This document shows, piece by piece, positions 26,080 to 33,461 of a DNA stretch of 41,797 nucleotides. Every line of letters begins with the position of its first letter. Position 1 is the stretch's first letter. The DNA is from a virus. The notes under the pieces were generated by a model that worked only from the letters and a program-made list of their open reading frames with translations, did not search any database and was not told where the DNA came from. Location of the stretch: IMG/VR virus record IMGVR_UViG_3300048072_000006, positions 1 to 41,797 of that record. One strand, given 5' to 3'. A program made the position numbers and the translations under genes.

Positions 26080-26934
26080 TCATGCCGCTTCACTCGAACA
26101 CCACGCGCCGCACTCGCTATCGGCAGCGTCCGCCTCAATTTCGTCCATTGGAAGCAAGGGGCTGGTTTGCGCGGCCCGCAGCACTTCGTCGAAGCTCTGG
26201 TATCCGAAAGAAAAGTTCCGCGCCTTTTCGTGCGCCGCCCAATACTGTGTGCCAACCGGATCGCGGCGGGCGCGGGATACGCGGGTCTTGAATTGGAGGA
26301 AGGGGCAATGATCGCAGTTGCCGGTCCCTCGCTCCAGCATCAGGTCAAAGGGCTGGACGGCCCAGAAATCCAAAACGTCACCTTTGCGCACACCATCGGT
26401 GGCCAGCGGGAAGGCCAACCTGCGCTCCGCATTACGAGGCTTGCGGGGCAGTTCATAAACCCGGTCATATTCGTCGGCGCGGAAGCCGATCACTTCGGTG
26501 TATTCGCCACGCGCGTAGCCTTGCGCCTCCATAAAATCATGCATCACGCCTACCTTGCACCGTTCGGTGCACCAGCGCCCGGTGATGGTCGAGAACAGGG
26601 CTTGCTTGCGGGCGATCAGCCTATCCAACGGCTCGCCCTTCCGGCTCGCGCTGTTGTAGCCAACTTCTTGAAATCGACTTGCCGGGCCGCCCTTCCTAAG
26701 ATCGGTCACAAATTCCAGCCAACTCACCCGGACGTTCCACCTGGTGGCGCACTCGTGAACGAAACGAAGAGTTTCCTCGCGCTCTTTGCCGGTGTTGGCG
26801 AAGAGGACGAATATATTCTCCGGCAGCGATCCGCCGTGGGCATCGATGATGCGCTTGAGCATCTTCCCGCTGGTGCGCCCACCCGAGAACGAAATCGCTG
26901 CCGGACCGGTGATGAGATATGGATTGCTACCCAT
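26080..26934 (-). CDS. PAPS-reductase/PP-loop ATP-pyrophosphatase-family protein (IS passenger gene), 284 aa
   Basis: PP-loop 'AISFSGGRTSGKML', 'RWCTERCKV', and C-terminal Cys cluster 'GNCDHCPF'. The start was re-picked at ATG 26934 ('MGSNPYLITGP'). Confidence 0.72.
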   Translation of the reverse strand: MGSNPYLITGPAAISFSGGRTSGKMLKRIIDAHGGSLPENIFVLFANTGKEREETLRFVHECATRWNVRVSWLEFVTDLRKGGPASRFQEVGYNSASRKGEPLDRLIARKQALFSTITGRWCTERCKVGVMHDFMEAQGYARGEYTEVIGFRADEYDRVYELPRKPRNAERRLAFPLATDGVRKGDVLDFWAVQPFDLMLERGTGNCDHCPFLQFKTRVSRARRDPVGTQYWAAHEKARNFSFGYQSFDEVLRAAQTSPLLPMDEIEADAADSECGAWCSSEAA

Positions 26935-27066
26935 CGGCCTGCGCCTTCTTCGCCCGTTTGGCGCGCTTCTTTCGCTCCTTCGCGGCATCTGAAACAGGCT
27001 TTGGCCGGTAGCGCAGCACAACGTCTGCAATCGCGTCCAGAGCGGCGGGAGGCTTTGGAGCGTCTA

Positions 27067-27987
27067 TCATGCGATCAGCGCCCCATAGGTCAGGCGCTTG
27101 CCCGCCGAATTGATGATAAAGCTATCCAGACGGTCCAGCGTGTGGCGCTTCACGTCGCCTTCGTTCAGCCGGAAGGCAAACTCATTGACGTAGCGGCCAA
27201 GGTGCTTCGGCGAGGCGTGGTGATAGACACCATGGATGCCGCGCTTGAGCACCGCGAACACGCTCTCGATACCATTCGTGGTGACGTTACCCCGGACATA
27301 CTCGCCAGCGCCGTGGTTGATCGTTTCATGCTTGTAGAGCAACCCGCCCACTCGGCTGTAGATTGCGCTTTCGTCAGTGTGGATGGTCGAGCCTACCTGA
27401 ACGTGGCGATGGGCGAAGCCTACCGCGTTACGCCCAGTGATCGAAGCCTTGACCTCCGCTTTGACGCGACCACTGCCCCGCTCCCGTCCAGCAATAACAG
27501 GCGTCTTGCCTACGCCGCCCCGGCCAAGTCCGAGCCGTTTGTGCTCGTGCTTCGCCGACTCCTTGCCGCCTACATAGCATTCGTCAATCTCGACAATGCC
27601 AGCCAGTTCAGTCGGATCATTGCCGCACGCTTCGCGCAACCGGTGCAGGATGAACCACGCCGTCTTTTGAGTGACGCCGATCTCCTTGGCCAGTTGCAGG
27701 CTGCTGATGCCCTTCCGGGCGGTGACCAGCAGATACATCGCATAGACCCATTTATGCAGCGGGACATGGCTGCGCTCGAAGATGGTCCCGGTGCGAACGG
27801 TGAAATCCTCTTTGCAGGCGTTGCAACGGTAATAGCCGCCCTTCCTCGCCGTAATCCTCTCGCCGCTGGTGCACACCGGGCAGCGCGGGCCTTCCGGCCA
27901 CAGCCGGTTTTCAAGGTAGGTGCGGGCGGTTTCCTGATCGGGGATCATCGCGAACAACTCGAAAGTGGAAATGGTGGACTTGGACAT
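27067..27987 (-). CDS. IS1595-family DDE transposase, 306 aa
   Basis: N-terminal zinc ribbon 'CPVCTSGERITARKGGYYRCNACKEDFTVRTGTIFE', followed by 'VEIDECYVGGK', '...IHTDES.IY...' and 'NGIESVFAVLKRGIHGVYHH', typical of Zn_Tnp_IS1595 plus DDE_Tnp_IS1595. Confidence 0.92.
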   Translation of the reverse strand: MSKSTISTFELFAMIPDQETARTYLENRLWPEGPRCPVCTSGERITARKGGYYRCNACKEDFTVRTGTIFERSHVPLHKWVYAMYLLVTARKGISSLQLAKEIGVTQKTAWFILHRLREACGNDPTELAGIVEIDECYVGGKESAKHEHKRLGLGRGGVGKTPVIAGRERGSGRVKAEVKASITGRNAVGFAHRHVQVGSTIHTDESAIYSRVGGLLYKHETINHGAGEYVRGNVTTNGIESVFAVLKRGIHGVYHHASPKHLGRYVNEFAFRLNEGDVKRHTLDRLDSFIINSAGKRLTYGALIA

Positions 27988-28031
27988 GGATTATTCCTCG
28001 GTTTCTCTAGCGAAACTAGCACAAAATACCG

Positions 28032-28054
28032 AGGGAGTAAAGTATATAATTCCC
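28032..28054. repeat. IS right terminal inverted repeat
   Basis: See the mobile_element entry. Confidence 0.8.
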
Positions 28055-28062
28055 CTTGTGAA
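28055..28062. repeat. Target-site duplication, right copy (CTTGTGAA)
   Basis: Identical to 26042..26049. Confidence 0.8.
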
Positions 28063-28067
28063 GGCCG

Positions 28068-28310
28068 TCACGACGCCCCTCCCTGTGTCCCGTTACGGGC
28101 ATCCTCGGGCGGATAGATGTCCGGGCGCAACTCGTGGCGAGGCAAGCCCAGCGCACGCTCAATTGCAATGACCAGTTGCGGAGGGCACGGCCTCTCGCGC
28201 TGGAACAGCGAGTAGAGATTGGCGGGAGTGCGATCTACGATGCGGGCAAGAGCAGGAATGCCGCCCGCCATATCTCGCGCTTTGGCGAAGGGAATGTGCA
28301 TTTTGTCCAT
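28068..28310 (-). CDS. Cro/YdaS-like HTH regulator, first gene of the leftward arm, 80 aa
   Basis: 'GGIPALARIVDRTPANLYSLFQRERPCPPQLVIAIERALGLPRHELRPDIY' fits the YdaS/Cro-type HTH pattern ('...IE..T.G.v.r.eLRPD'). The start was re-picked at ATG 28310; the track's N-terminal extension runs through the promoter region. Confidence 0.6.
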   Translation of the reverse strand: MDKMHIPFAKARDMAGGIPALARIVDRTPANLYSLFQRERPCPPQLVIAIERALGLPRHELRPDIYPPEDARNGTQGGAS

Positions 28311-28345
28311 GGCGTAACGATAGCGGCGAGCCTCGGGTAACGCAA

Positions 28346-28397
28346 CACAATTTATTTTACGATTGTGCTTGACCGAGCACCAATCGCATTTTACAAG
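28346..28397. promoter_or_regulatory. Divergent early promoter/operator region
   Basis: IR1 is CACAAT-N10-ATTGTG (28346-51/28362-67). IR2 is CGATTGTGC-N8-GCACCAATCG (28360-68/28377-86, one indel). The plus strand has TTGACC (28369-74)-N17-TACAAG. The minus strand has TTGGTG (rc of 28378-83)-N18-TAAAAT (rc of 28354-59). This is the most A/T-rich patch between the two arms. Confidence 0.4.
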
Positions 28398-28477
28398 GAT
28401 GACAGGCGCCACGGAGGGTCCATACTCTCCAGCACGCCCAAGCACAGGCAGCCGATTGCTGCTCACTGGAGGATAAG

Positions 28478-28648
28478 ATGACCCTTGCAGCAGAATTCTA
28501 CAGCGGCACCCGCGCTAAGGCTCCGGTGCTGGATATCGTGCGCATCGGAGACGGTCGTCGCGAGCATGTCGAGACGATCAACGTCATGGGCAAGCGCGAG
28601 GCTCGGGCAGTCGCCCGCGATCTCGGCGCCACTCCTTGGAACTTCTGA
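28478..28648 (+). CDS. Small early protein, 56 aa (below the ORF-track cut-off)
   Basis: Hand translation: 'MTLAAEFYSGTRAKAPVLDIVRIGDGRREHVETINVMGKREARAVARDLGATPWNF'. It is preceded by the same 16-nt TGGAGGATAAGATGAC initiation region as the next gene. Confidence 0.55.
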   Translation: MTLAAEFYSGTRAKAPVLDIVRIGDGRREHVETINVMGKREARAVARDLGATPWNF

Positions 28649-28709
28649 AGTCACCAGAGCACGGTCCCCCACCACCGTGCCGAGGCTGACTTTAGCTTTG
28701 GAGGATAAG

Positions 28710-29534
28710 ATGACAGAGCCAGCATTCCTGAATGAGAAATACGAGGCCACTGGCGAAACGAAGGTTTGGCTCGGCGTCACACTGCACCGCATCCGTGCCG
28801 TTGCCGCTATCGCTGCGCTCGGTATTTCCGCTGGCGATCTCGGCGGGTGGATCGAGAAGCCGGAGAATTTGCAGGCCTATGGCAACGCGTGGGTCTATGG
28901 CAACGCGCAGGTCTATGGCGACGCGCAGGTCTATGGCGACGCGCAGGTCTATGGCAACGCGTGGGTCTATGGCAACGCGCAGGTCTATGGCAACGCGCAG
29001 GTCTATGGCAACGCGCAGGTCTATGGCGACGCGCGGGTCTATGGCGACGCGCAGGTCTATGGCAACGCGTGGGCCTATGGCAACGCGTGGGTCTATGGCA
29101 ACGCGCAGGTCTATGGCGACGCGCGGGTCTATGGCGACGCGCAGGTCTATGGCAACGCGTGGGTCTATGGCAACGCGTGGGTCTATGGCAACGCGCAGGT
29201 CTATGGCAACGCGCAGGTCTCTGGCGACGCGTGGGTCTATGGCAACGCGCAGGTCTATGGCGACGCGCAGGTCTCTGGCCGAAATCACCTCGGATGGTTC
29301 TCCTGCGTCGGCAGCGAGAATGGAACGCTCTGTTGGTTCCTTAACAAAGACAAGGGTGTCACGGTCAATCGCGGATGCTTCTCCGGCTCGCTGGATCGGT
29401 TCCGCGAGGCCGTTGAGGAGACACACGGCGACAGCCCCAACGGGGAGCAATACCGCCTGCTAATCCAGTTCATCGAACTGCGGTCTCAGGATGCGCTCAA
29501 GGACTTTGATCCTGCCGAAGCGGAGGCAGGATGA
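28710..29534 (+). CDS. Hexapeptide-repeat (predicted beta-solenoid) early protein, 274 aa
   Basis: Start ATG 28710 follows GGAGGATAAG. N-terminal domain 'YEATGETKVWLGVTLHRIRAV...GISAGDLGGWIE', then 22 x (Y/S)G(N/D)A(Q/W/R)(V/A), then a Cys-containing C-terminal domain. A paralogue lies at 35394..35867. Confidence 0.8.
   Translation: MTEPAFLNEKYEATGETKVWLGVTLHRIRAVAAIAALGISAGDLGGWIEKPENLQAYGNAWVYGNAQVYGDAQVYGDAQVYGNAWVYGNAQVYGNAQVYGNAQVYGDARVYGDAQVYGNAWAYGNAWVYGNAQVYGDARVYGDAQVYGNAWVYGNAWVYGNAQVYGNAQVSGDAWVYGNAQVYGDAQVSGRNHLGWFSCVGSENGTLCWFLNKDKGVTVNRGCFSGSLDRFREAVEETHGDSPNGEQYRLLIQFIELRSQDALKDFDPAEAEAG
28878..29273 (+). repeat. Tandem repeat: 22 copies of an 18-bp unit (consensus TATGGCAACGCGCAGGTC), in frame within the CDS
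   Basis: Counted unit by unit. Variation is confined to four sites (TAT/TCT, AAC/GAC, CAG/TGG/CGG, GTC/GCC). Units 9-13 and 14-18 form a 90-bp higher-order repeat that differs at a single base (unit 11 GCC vs unit 16 GTC). Confidence 0.97.
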
Positions 29535-29827
29535 TGCCCCCCGCCAATGACCTTGAAGCCCGCGCTGATCGTATTGCCCGGCAATACAAGACAGCAGACT
29601 TGTTCAGGATCGCGGCACGGCTTGTGGAAGTCGCGAGCACAGAGCTTGACGGCGCCGTCGATGAGCATGGCGACGAGATCGACCTTAGCATTGAGACAGG
29701 GGAGGCCTTCGACAAGCTGGAGGCCCTTGCCGGCATGGCTGAAAACGCCCGCGATCCGGTGGACCCTCGCGACTGGGATATGTCCCGCAGCTTCGCCCAG
29801 CTCGGCCTTGTGCGGAGGGCGTCATGA
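29531..29827 (+). CDS. Hypothetical acidic early protein, 98 aa
   Basis: ATGA overlaps at both ends. No motif recognised. Confidence 0.6.
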   Translation: MMPPANDLEARADRIARQYKTADLFRIAARLVEVASTELDGAVDEHGDEIDLSIETGEAFDKLEALAGMAENARDPVDPRDWDMSRSFAQLGLVRRAS

Positions 29828-30192
29828 GCGGGTTCAAGGGAACGCCGGGGCCGTGGGCCGTGTCTTACGCCGACAACCCGAATCATGGGTCTTCGTGGGG
29901 TGGGTACTGGCAGATCGACGATCAGTACGATGCGGTCGCCTGCAACCAGTCTTGTTTCGCTGGCATCAATAAGCCGGACGTGAGCGAGGCCAACGCCCGC
30001 CTGCTCGCCGCCGCTCCTGATCTACTTGAGGCACTGCAAGAGCTTTATCATGCATACTGCTCTGAAACCGGATTTGCTGCCGCCGTGCGCATGGAAAGCG
30101 GGAAAGCCTACCCGTGGGAGCCGGGCGATATCGCTGAGGCGAAGGCCCTCGCCGCAATCTCTCGCGCCCTCGGTGAGGGAGAGAATGCATGA
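29824..30192 (+). CDS. Hypothetical early protein with 'GTPGPW...ANARLLAAAPDLLEAL' motifs, 122 aa
   Basis: ATGA-coupled. It shares 'AAPDLL(E/D)AL' and the C-terminal '(L/T)GEGEN' with 35864..36091. Confidence 0.65.
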   Translation: MSGFKGTPGPWAVSYADNPNHGSSWGGYWQIDDQYDAVACNQSCFAGINKPDVSEANARLLAAAPDLLEALQELYHAYCSETGFAAAVRMESGKAYPWEPGDIAEAKALAAISRALGEGENA

Positions 30193-30428
30193 GCGAGATC
30201 ACGCAAGCACAGCGCGACGCTTTGAAGTGGATGCGCGAGCGGGGCGGAGACGCTGCCGTGGTGCGCGTTCGCGGCGGCGGCAGATACATTCTTGCGCAGG
30301 GCGAGACGGCTCCATTTAGGCCGATAACGTGCCGCGCGCTGATCGACAACGGCCTTGCTGAATACGTCGATCTGAATGGCCGCAGGTCCGTTCGGTTTCG
30401 GCTTACTGCGAAAGGATTGGCAGCATGA
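30189..30428 (+). CDS. Hypothetical protein, 79 aa
   Basis: ATGA-coupled on both sides. Confidence 0.6.
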   Translation: MSEITQAQRDALKWMRERGGDAAVVRVRGGGRYILAQGETAPFRPITCRALIDNGLAEYVDLNGRRSVRFRLTAKGLAA

Positions 30429-30685
30429 CCCCCACCACCAACCACAGCCGTGCAGCAGCCCACTACACCGGACTTCTGGATCAGCTCCACGGTGAGAAGA
30501 TCATGGAAGCTCTGCGTGAACTGGAGCGCGCCCAGATCGATGCAAACAAGGCCAGCGTCATCTGCCAGTCGCGGGACTACGAGATTGCTCACCACGAGTT
30601 GCGCACCGCTCAGATCACGCTCTGGCGCGCCCTCAGCAATGCCGGGTTCGATCCGGCTGTTATCAGGGAGGGGATGGGGCAATGA
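30425..30685 (+). CDS. Hypothetical helical protein, 86 aa
   Basis: ATGA-coupled start. Confidence 0.6.
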   Translation: MTPTTNHSRAAAHYTGLLDQLHGEKIMEALRELERAQIDANKASVICQSRDYEIAHHELRTAQITLWRALSNAGFDPAVIREGMGQ

Positions 30686-30743
30686 GCAAACCCAAGCAGC
30701 TTTCCGCGAGCCTCGCCCGCGCCGCTCTCAGAGGAGAAGGGTG

Positions 30744-31067
30744 ATGGAGTTCTTCCGGGAAGGCACAGTTTCATCACGCAAAGAGCGTCAGTGCGACGCC
30801 TGTGGAACGATGATTGATCCGGGCGAGCGCCACACCTACATGGCCGCGAAATATGATGGTCAGTTCTACACTATGCGGAACCATGCCGAGTGCCGCGAAG
30901 CCGAATGCGCGCTTGCCAAGCTGCATGACCTCTACGGCGGCGATGATGGCTGGATAATGCTCAGCGACATGGATGAGCCGGATGATCTGGCTTTCCTGAA
31001 AGAGCACCATCCGGTCGCCTATGCGCGCGTCGCCCCACGCTATGCCCATTGGGAGACGGGAGAATGA
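30744..31067 (+). CDS. Hypothetical Cys/His-containing protein, 107 aa
   Basis: GGAGAAGGG lies before ATG 30744 ('MEFFREGTVSSRKERQCDACGTMIDPGERH...HAEC'). The track's longer N-terminus is a shadow frame of the previous gene. Confidence 0.6.
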   Translation: MEFFREGTVSSRKERQCDACGTMIDPGERHTYMAAKYDGQFYTMRNHAECREAECALAKLHDLYGGDDGWIMLSDMDEPDDLAFLKEHHPVAYARVAPRYAHWETGE

Positions 31068-31174
31068 CCCCCCGTCAAGCCATCGCCAGCATCAGCTTGT
31101 CCGATGCTCTGTGTGCATCAGCCTTAGTTGGCTTTGTTGCCTCCCTTATTGGAATGATGGGGATGATGCCGTGA
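31064..31174 (+). CDS. Possible 36-aa single-TM peptide
   Basis: ATGA-coupled. 'MTPRQAIASISLSDALCASALVGFVASLIGMMGMMP'. Confidence 0.3.
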   Translation: MTPRQAIASISLSDALCASALVGFVASLIGMMGMMP

Positions 31175-31319
31175 CCCGTCCGTTCGGCTGCGCAGCCAGC
31201 ATCAAACACGGCGGCCGGTCAACTGATCGCTCCGCCCACAAGCAACACCGCATATCACTTATGCCCATGGATCAAGAGAAGCGGTCCATTTGGGATATGT
31301 TCAGGAGGAAGATGTGACA

Positions 31320-31940
31320 ATGGAAGTCTACAAAGCTATTGCCGCCGTGCAAGGTGAACTTGCCAAGGTCGGGATTTCAAAGGATCGGCGCAATACTCAG
31401 GGCACCGGCTACAATTTCCGGGGCATTGATGACGTTTACGCCGCGCTAGCCCCGTTGCTGGCCAAGAACGGCCTGTGCGTTATTCCCCGTATGACCGAGC
31501 GCAGCATGATCGAGCGCACGACCAAGAATGGCGGTGCGATCTTCTACACAACGGTCAAGGCCGAGTTTGACTTCGTCGCCGTCGCAGATGGGTCGAAGCA
31601 CACCGCTTGCACCTATGGAGAGGCAATGGACACGTCCGACAAGTCCACCAACAAGGCAATGTCGGCGGCTTACAAATATGCCGCTTTCCTGACGTTCGCG
31701 ATCCCCACCGATGGGGATAACGATGCTGATGCAGCGACTCATGAGGTCCAGGCACGGACGACGATCAGCAATGAGCAGTTTGCTGAACTGAGCGACTTGG
31801 TTGAGCGCACCAACACTGACCTGGAGCCGCTTTGTAAATATTACAAGATCGACGCACTGGCCATGCTGCCAGCCGCCAAGTTCGGCCACTGCAAAGCACA
31901 GTTGGCCAAGAAGATCAAACCAGAGCAGGAGGCCGCGTGA
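31320..31940 (+). CDS. erf: ERF-family single-strand annealing protein, 206 aa
   Basis: 'VYKAIAAVQGELAKV...GTGYNFRGIDDVYAALAPLLAKNGL' is the ERF N-terminal signature. AGGAGGAAG lies before ATG 31320. Confidence 0.8.
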   Translation: MEVYKAIAAVQGELAKVGISKDRRNTQGTGYNFRGIDDVYAALAPLLAKNGLCVIPRMTERSMIERTTKNGGAIFYTTVKAEFDFVAVADGSKHTACTYGEAMDTSDKSTNKAMSAAYKYAAFLTFAIPTDGDNDADAATHEVQARTTISNEQFAELSDLVERTNTDLEPLCKYYKIDALAMLPAAKFGHCKAQLAKKIKPEQEAA

Positions 31941-32383
31941 TGGAGCAGAGGCGCCTTCTTTGGGTGTGGTCGGACATAAAGGGGCGCTGCCTCAATCCGA
32001 ACCATCGCCAGTACAAGGACTATGGCGGGCGCGGCATCACTGTCTGCGATCGATGGATGGCATTTGCCAACTTCCTAGCGGACATGGCGCCGCGACCTGC
32101 CGGGCTAATGCTCGATCGCAAAGACAATGACGGCCCTTACTCGCCCGAGAATTGCCGTTGGGCGACACGCAAAGAGCAGAACAGCAATCGGCGGAATTGC
32201 ATCTACATTGAAGACGTGGACGGCAAAGTGACCCTGAGGGAATACTGCCGCCGCCGCGAGCTGGCTTACCGGCCGATCGTGAAGCGCATTCAGGACCGCA
32301 ACTGGCCGGTCGAGCTGGCGCTGTCCGTACCTGTCGGCGCGCCAACTCATTTCCTCAAGTCGACACAAAGGAAATCCGCATGA
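31940..32383 (+). CDS. Conserved phage DNA-binding/HNH_3-like (degenerate) protein, 147 aa
   Basis: 'W..IKGRCLNPNH..YKDYGGRGITVCDRW..F..FLADMAPRP.G..LDRKDNDGPYSPENCRWATRKEQNSN' is a recurrent phage motif resembling the second half of HNH_3, with His replaced. Confidence 0.6.
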   Translation: MEQRRLLWVWSDIKGRCLNPNHRQYKDYGGRGITVCDRWMAFANFLADMAPRPAGLMLDRKDNDGPYSPENCRWATRKEQNSNRRNCIYIEDVDGKVTLREYCRRRELAYRPIVKRIQDRNWPVELALSVPVGAPTHFLKSTQRKSA

Positions 32384-33048
32384 CCGTGGATCTTGTCCAA
32401 GGCACCCCTGAGTGGCTGGCTGCTAGAGCGGGAAGCTTGGGAGCCTCCCAAGTTGCAGACGTAATTGCGAAAACGAAATCTGGCTGGGGCGCATCGCGGG
32501 CAAATGTCCGCGCGCGTATCGTAGCCGAACGGTTGACTGGCCGTCCCTCTGAAACGTTCACCAATGCCGCCATGGACTGGGGCCGTGAACAAGAGGAGGC
32601 CGCGCGCGTCGCTTATGCCTTCTTGGAAGGGCGGTCAGTCACCGAATGCGGGATTTTCCTTCATCCCGAGATCAAGGGAACACACGCCAGCCCAGACGGC
32701 TTGGTGGACGACGACGGGCTTGTCGAGATTAAGGCGCCCAACACCTCGACACACATCGACACGCTTAAGTCTCAGGCCATCCCAGGCCGCTACGTCACGC
32801 AGATGCAATGGCAGATGGCTTGCACCGGTCGCCAGTGGTGCGACTTTGTGTCGTTCGATCCCCGGATGCCCGAGGAAATGCAGTTGTTCGTGAAGCGGCT
32901 GCATCGGGATCAAACCCTGATCGAAGAACTTGAAAGCACGGTTTGCGACTTCCTCGCCGAAGTGCAGGCCGACGTGGACCAACTCACCAGACTTTACCGC
33001 AGCGCCGTGGAAGCGCCGCGCGTCTTTAGCCCCCTGGAGGCAGGATAA
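32380..33048 (+). CDS. YqaJ/lambda-Exo-like PD-(D/E)XK recombination exonuclease, 222 aa
   Basis: 'QGTPEWLAARAGSLGASQVADVI', 'ASPDGLVDDDGLVEIKAP', 'QMQWQMACTG' are YqaJ-family motifs. Confidence 0.85.
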   Translation: MTVDLVQGTPEWLAARAGSLGASQVADVIAKTKSGWGASRANVRARIVAERLTGRPSETFTNAAMDWGREQEEAARVAYAFLEGRSVTECGIFLHPEIKGTHASPDGLVDDDGLVEIKAPNTSTHIDTLKSQAIPGRYVTQMQWQMACTGRQWCDFVSFDPRMPEEMQLFVKRLHRDQTLIEELESTVCDFLAEVQADVDQLTRLYRSAVEAPRVFSPLEAG

Positions 33049-33461
33049 TGCAGAACATCACCGTGGCAGGCCGCATCGGAGCAGATGCCGTCACCCGCTC
33101 GACCAACAGCGGCGACAAGGTCACCAGCTTTAACGTGGCCGTCGATTTCCGCGATGGGCGCGACAAGGCAACCAACTGGTGGCGCGTCTCATTCTGGGGG
33201 AAGCGCGGCGATGCCTTGCAGCCATACTTGCTCAAGGGGACGAGCGTCACCGTAACCGGCGAGTTCAGCCTGTCCGAATACGAGGGCAAGCCGCAACTCA
33301 ATATCCGCGCCAATGACGTGACGCTGCAAGGCTCACGAGGCGAGGGCCGGGGCAATGGCGGCAACACTGCCCCGCGCGATGAGAGCCGGGCGGCAGGCGG
33401 CTTTGATGATGGGTTGGACGGGGACGAAATCCCCTTTATCCGCATGGACGGCATGCTCTGA
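33048..33461 (+). CDS. ssb: Single-stranded DNA-binding protein, 137 aa
   Basis: OB-fold N-terminus 'ITVAGRIGADAVTR...WWRVSFWGKRGDAL..YLLKGTSVTVTGE', a Gly-rich linker and the acidic 'DGDEIPF' motif. Confidence 0.88.
   Translation: MQNITVAGRIGADAVTRSTNSGDKVTSFNVAVDFRDGRDKATNWWRVSFWGKRGDALQPYLLKGTSVTVTGEFSLSEYEGKPQLNIRANDVTLQGSRGEGRGNGGNTAPRDESRAAGGFDDGLDGDEIPFIRMDGML

Larger units (their letters stand above)
26050..28054 (-). mobile_element. IS1595-family insertion element (2,005 bp) carrying a transposase and one passenger gene
   Basis: The terminal inverted repeats GGGAATTATATACATGACTCCCT (26050-26072) and the reverse complement of 28032-28054 (GGGAATTATATACTTTACTCCCT) match at 21 of 23 positions. 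They are flanked by the 8-bp direct repeat CTTGTGAA. The element contains the IS1595 DDE transposase. Confidence 0.8.

Noticed and set aside
25708-28116. 802-aa plus-strand ORF, the longest 'unknown' ORF in the track
   Set aside because: It runs antisense to the IS1595 transposase and the PAPS-reductase-like gene, both of which have clear family motifs. It also crosses both IS boundaries and is Arg/Ala/Gly/Pro-rich. This is a typical high-GC shadow frame.
28311-28466. N-terminal 52-codon extension of the cro-like ORF (the track starts it at 28466)
   Set aside because: The extension reads through the A/T-rich promoter/operator region and carries no HTH homology. The HTH domain begins after ATG 28310.
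28485-28709. N-terminal 75 codons of the 349-aa track ORF
   Set aside because: This is a shadow frame overlapping the better-supported 56-aa ORF. The duplicated Shine-Dalgarno/ATG cassette marks 28710 as the real start.
28878-29273. Could the regular repeat array be a CRISPR array?
   Set aside because: The units are contiguous 18-mers with no spacers, they lie in frame inside a CDS, and no cas genes are present.
28692-29463. Alternative-frame and antisense ORFs through the tandem repeat (252 aa minus; 243 and 192 aa plus: 'RVAIDL...', 'MATRRS...', 'GLWQRA...')
   Set aside because: Any in-frame 18-bp repeat is open in several frames. Only the YGNAQV frame has flanking non-repeat domains, a strong Shine-Dalgarno/ATG and a paralogue elsewhere.
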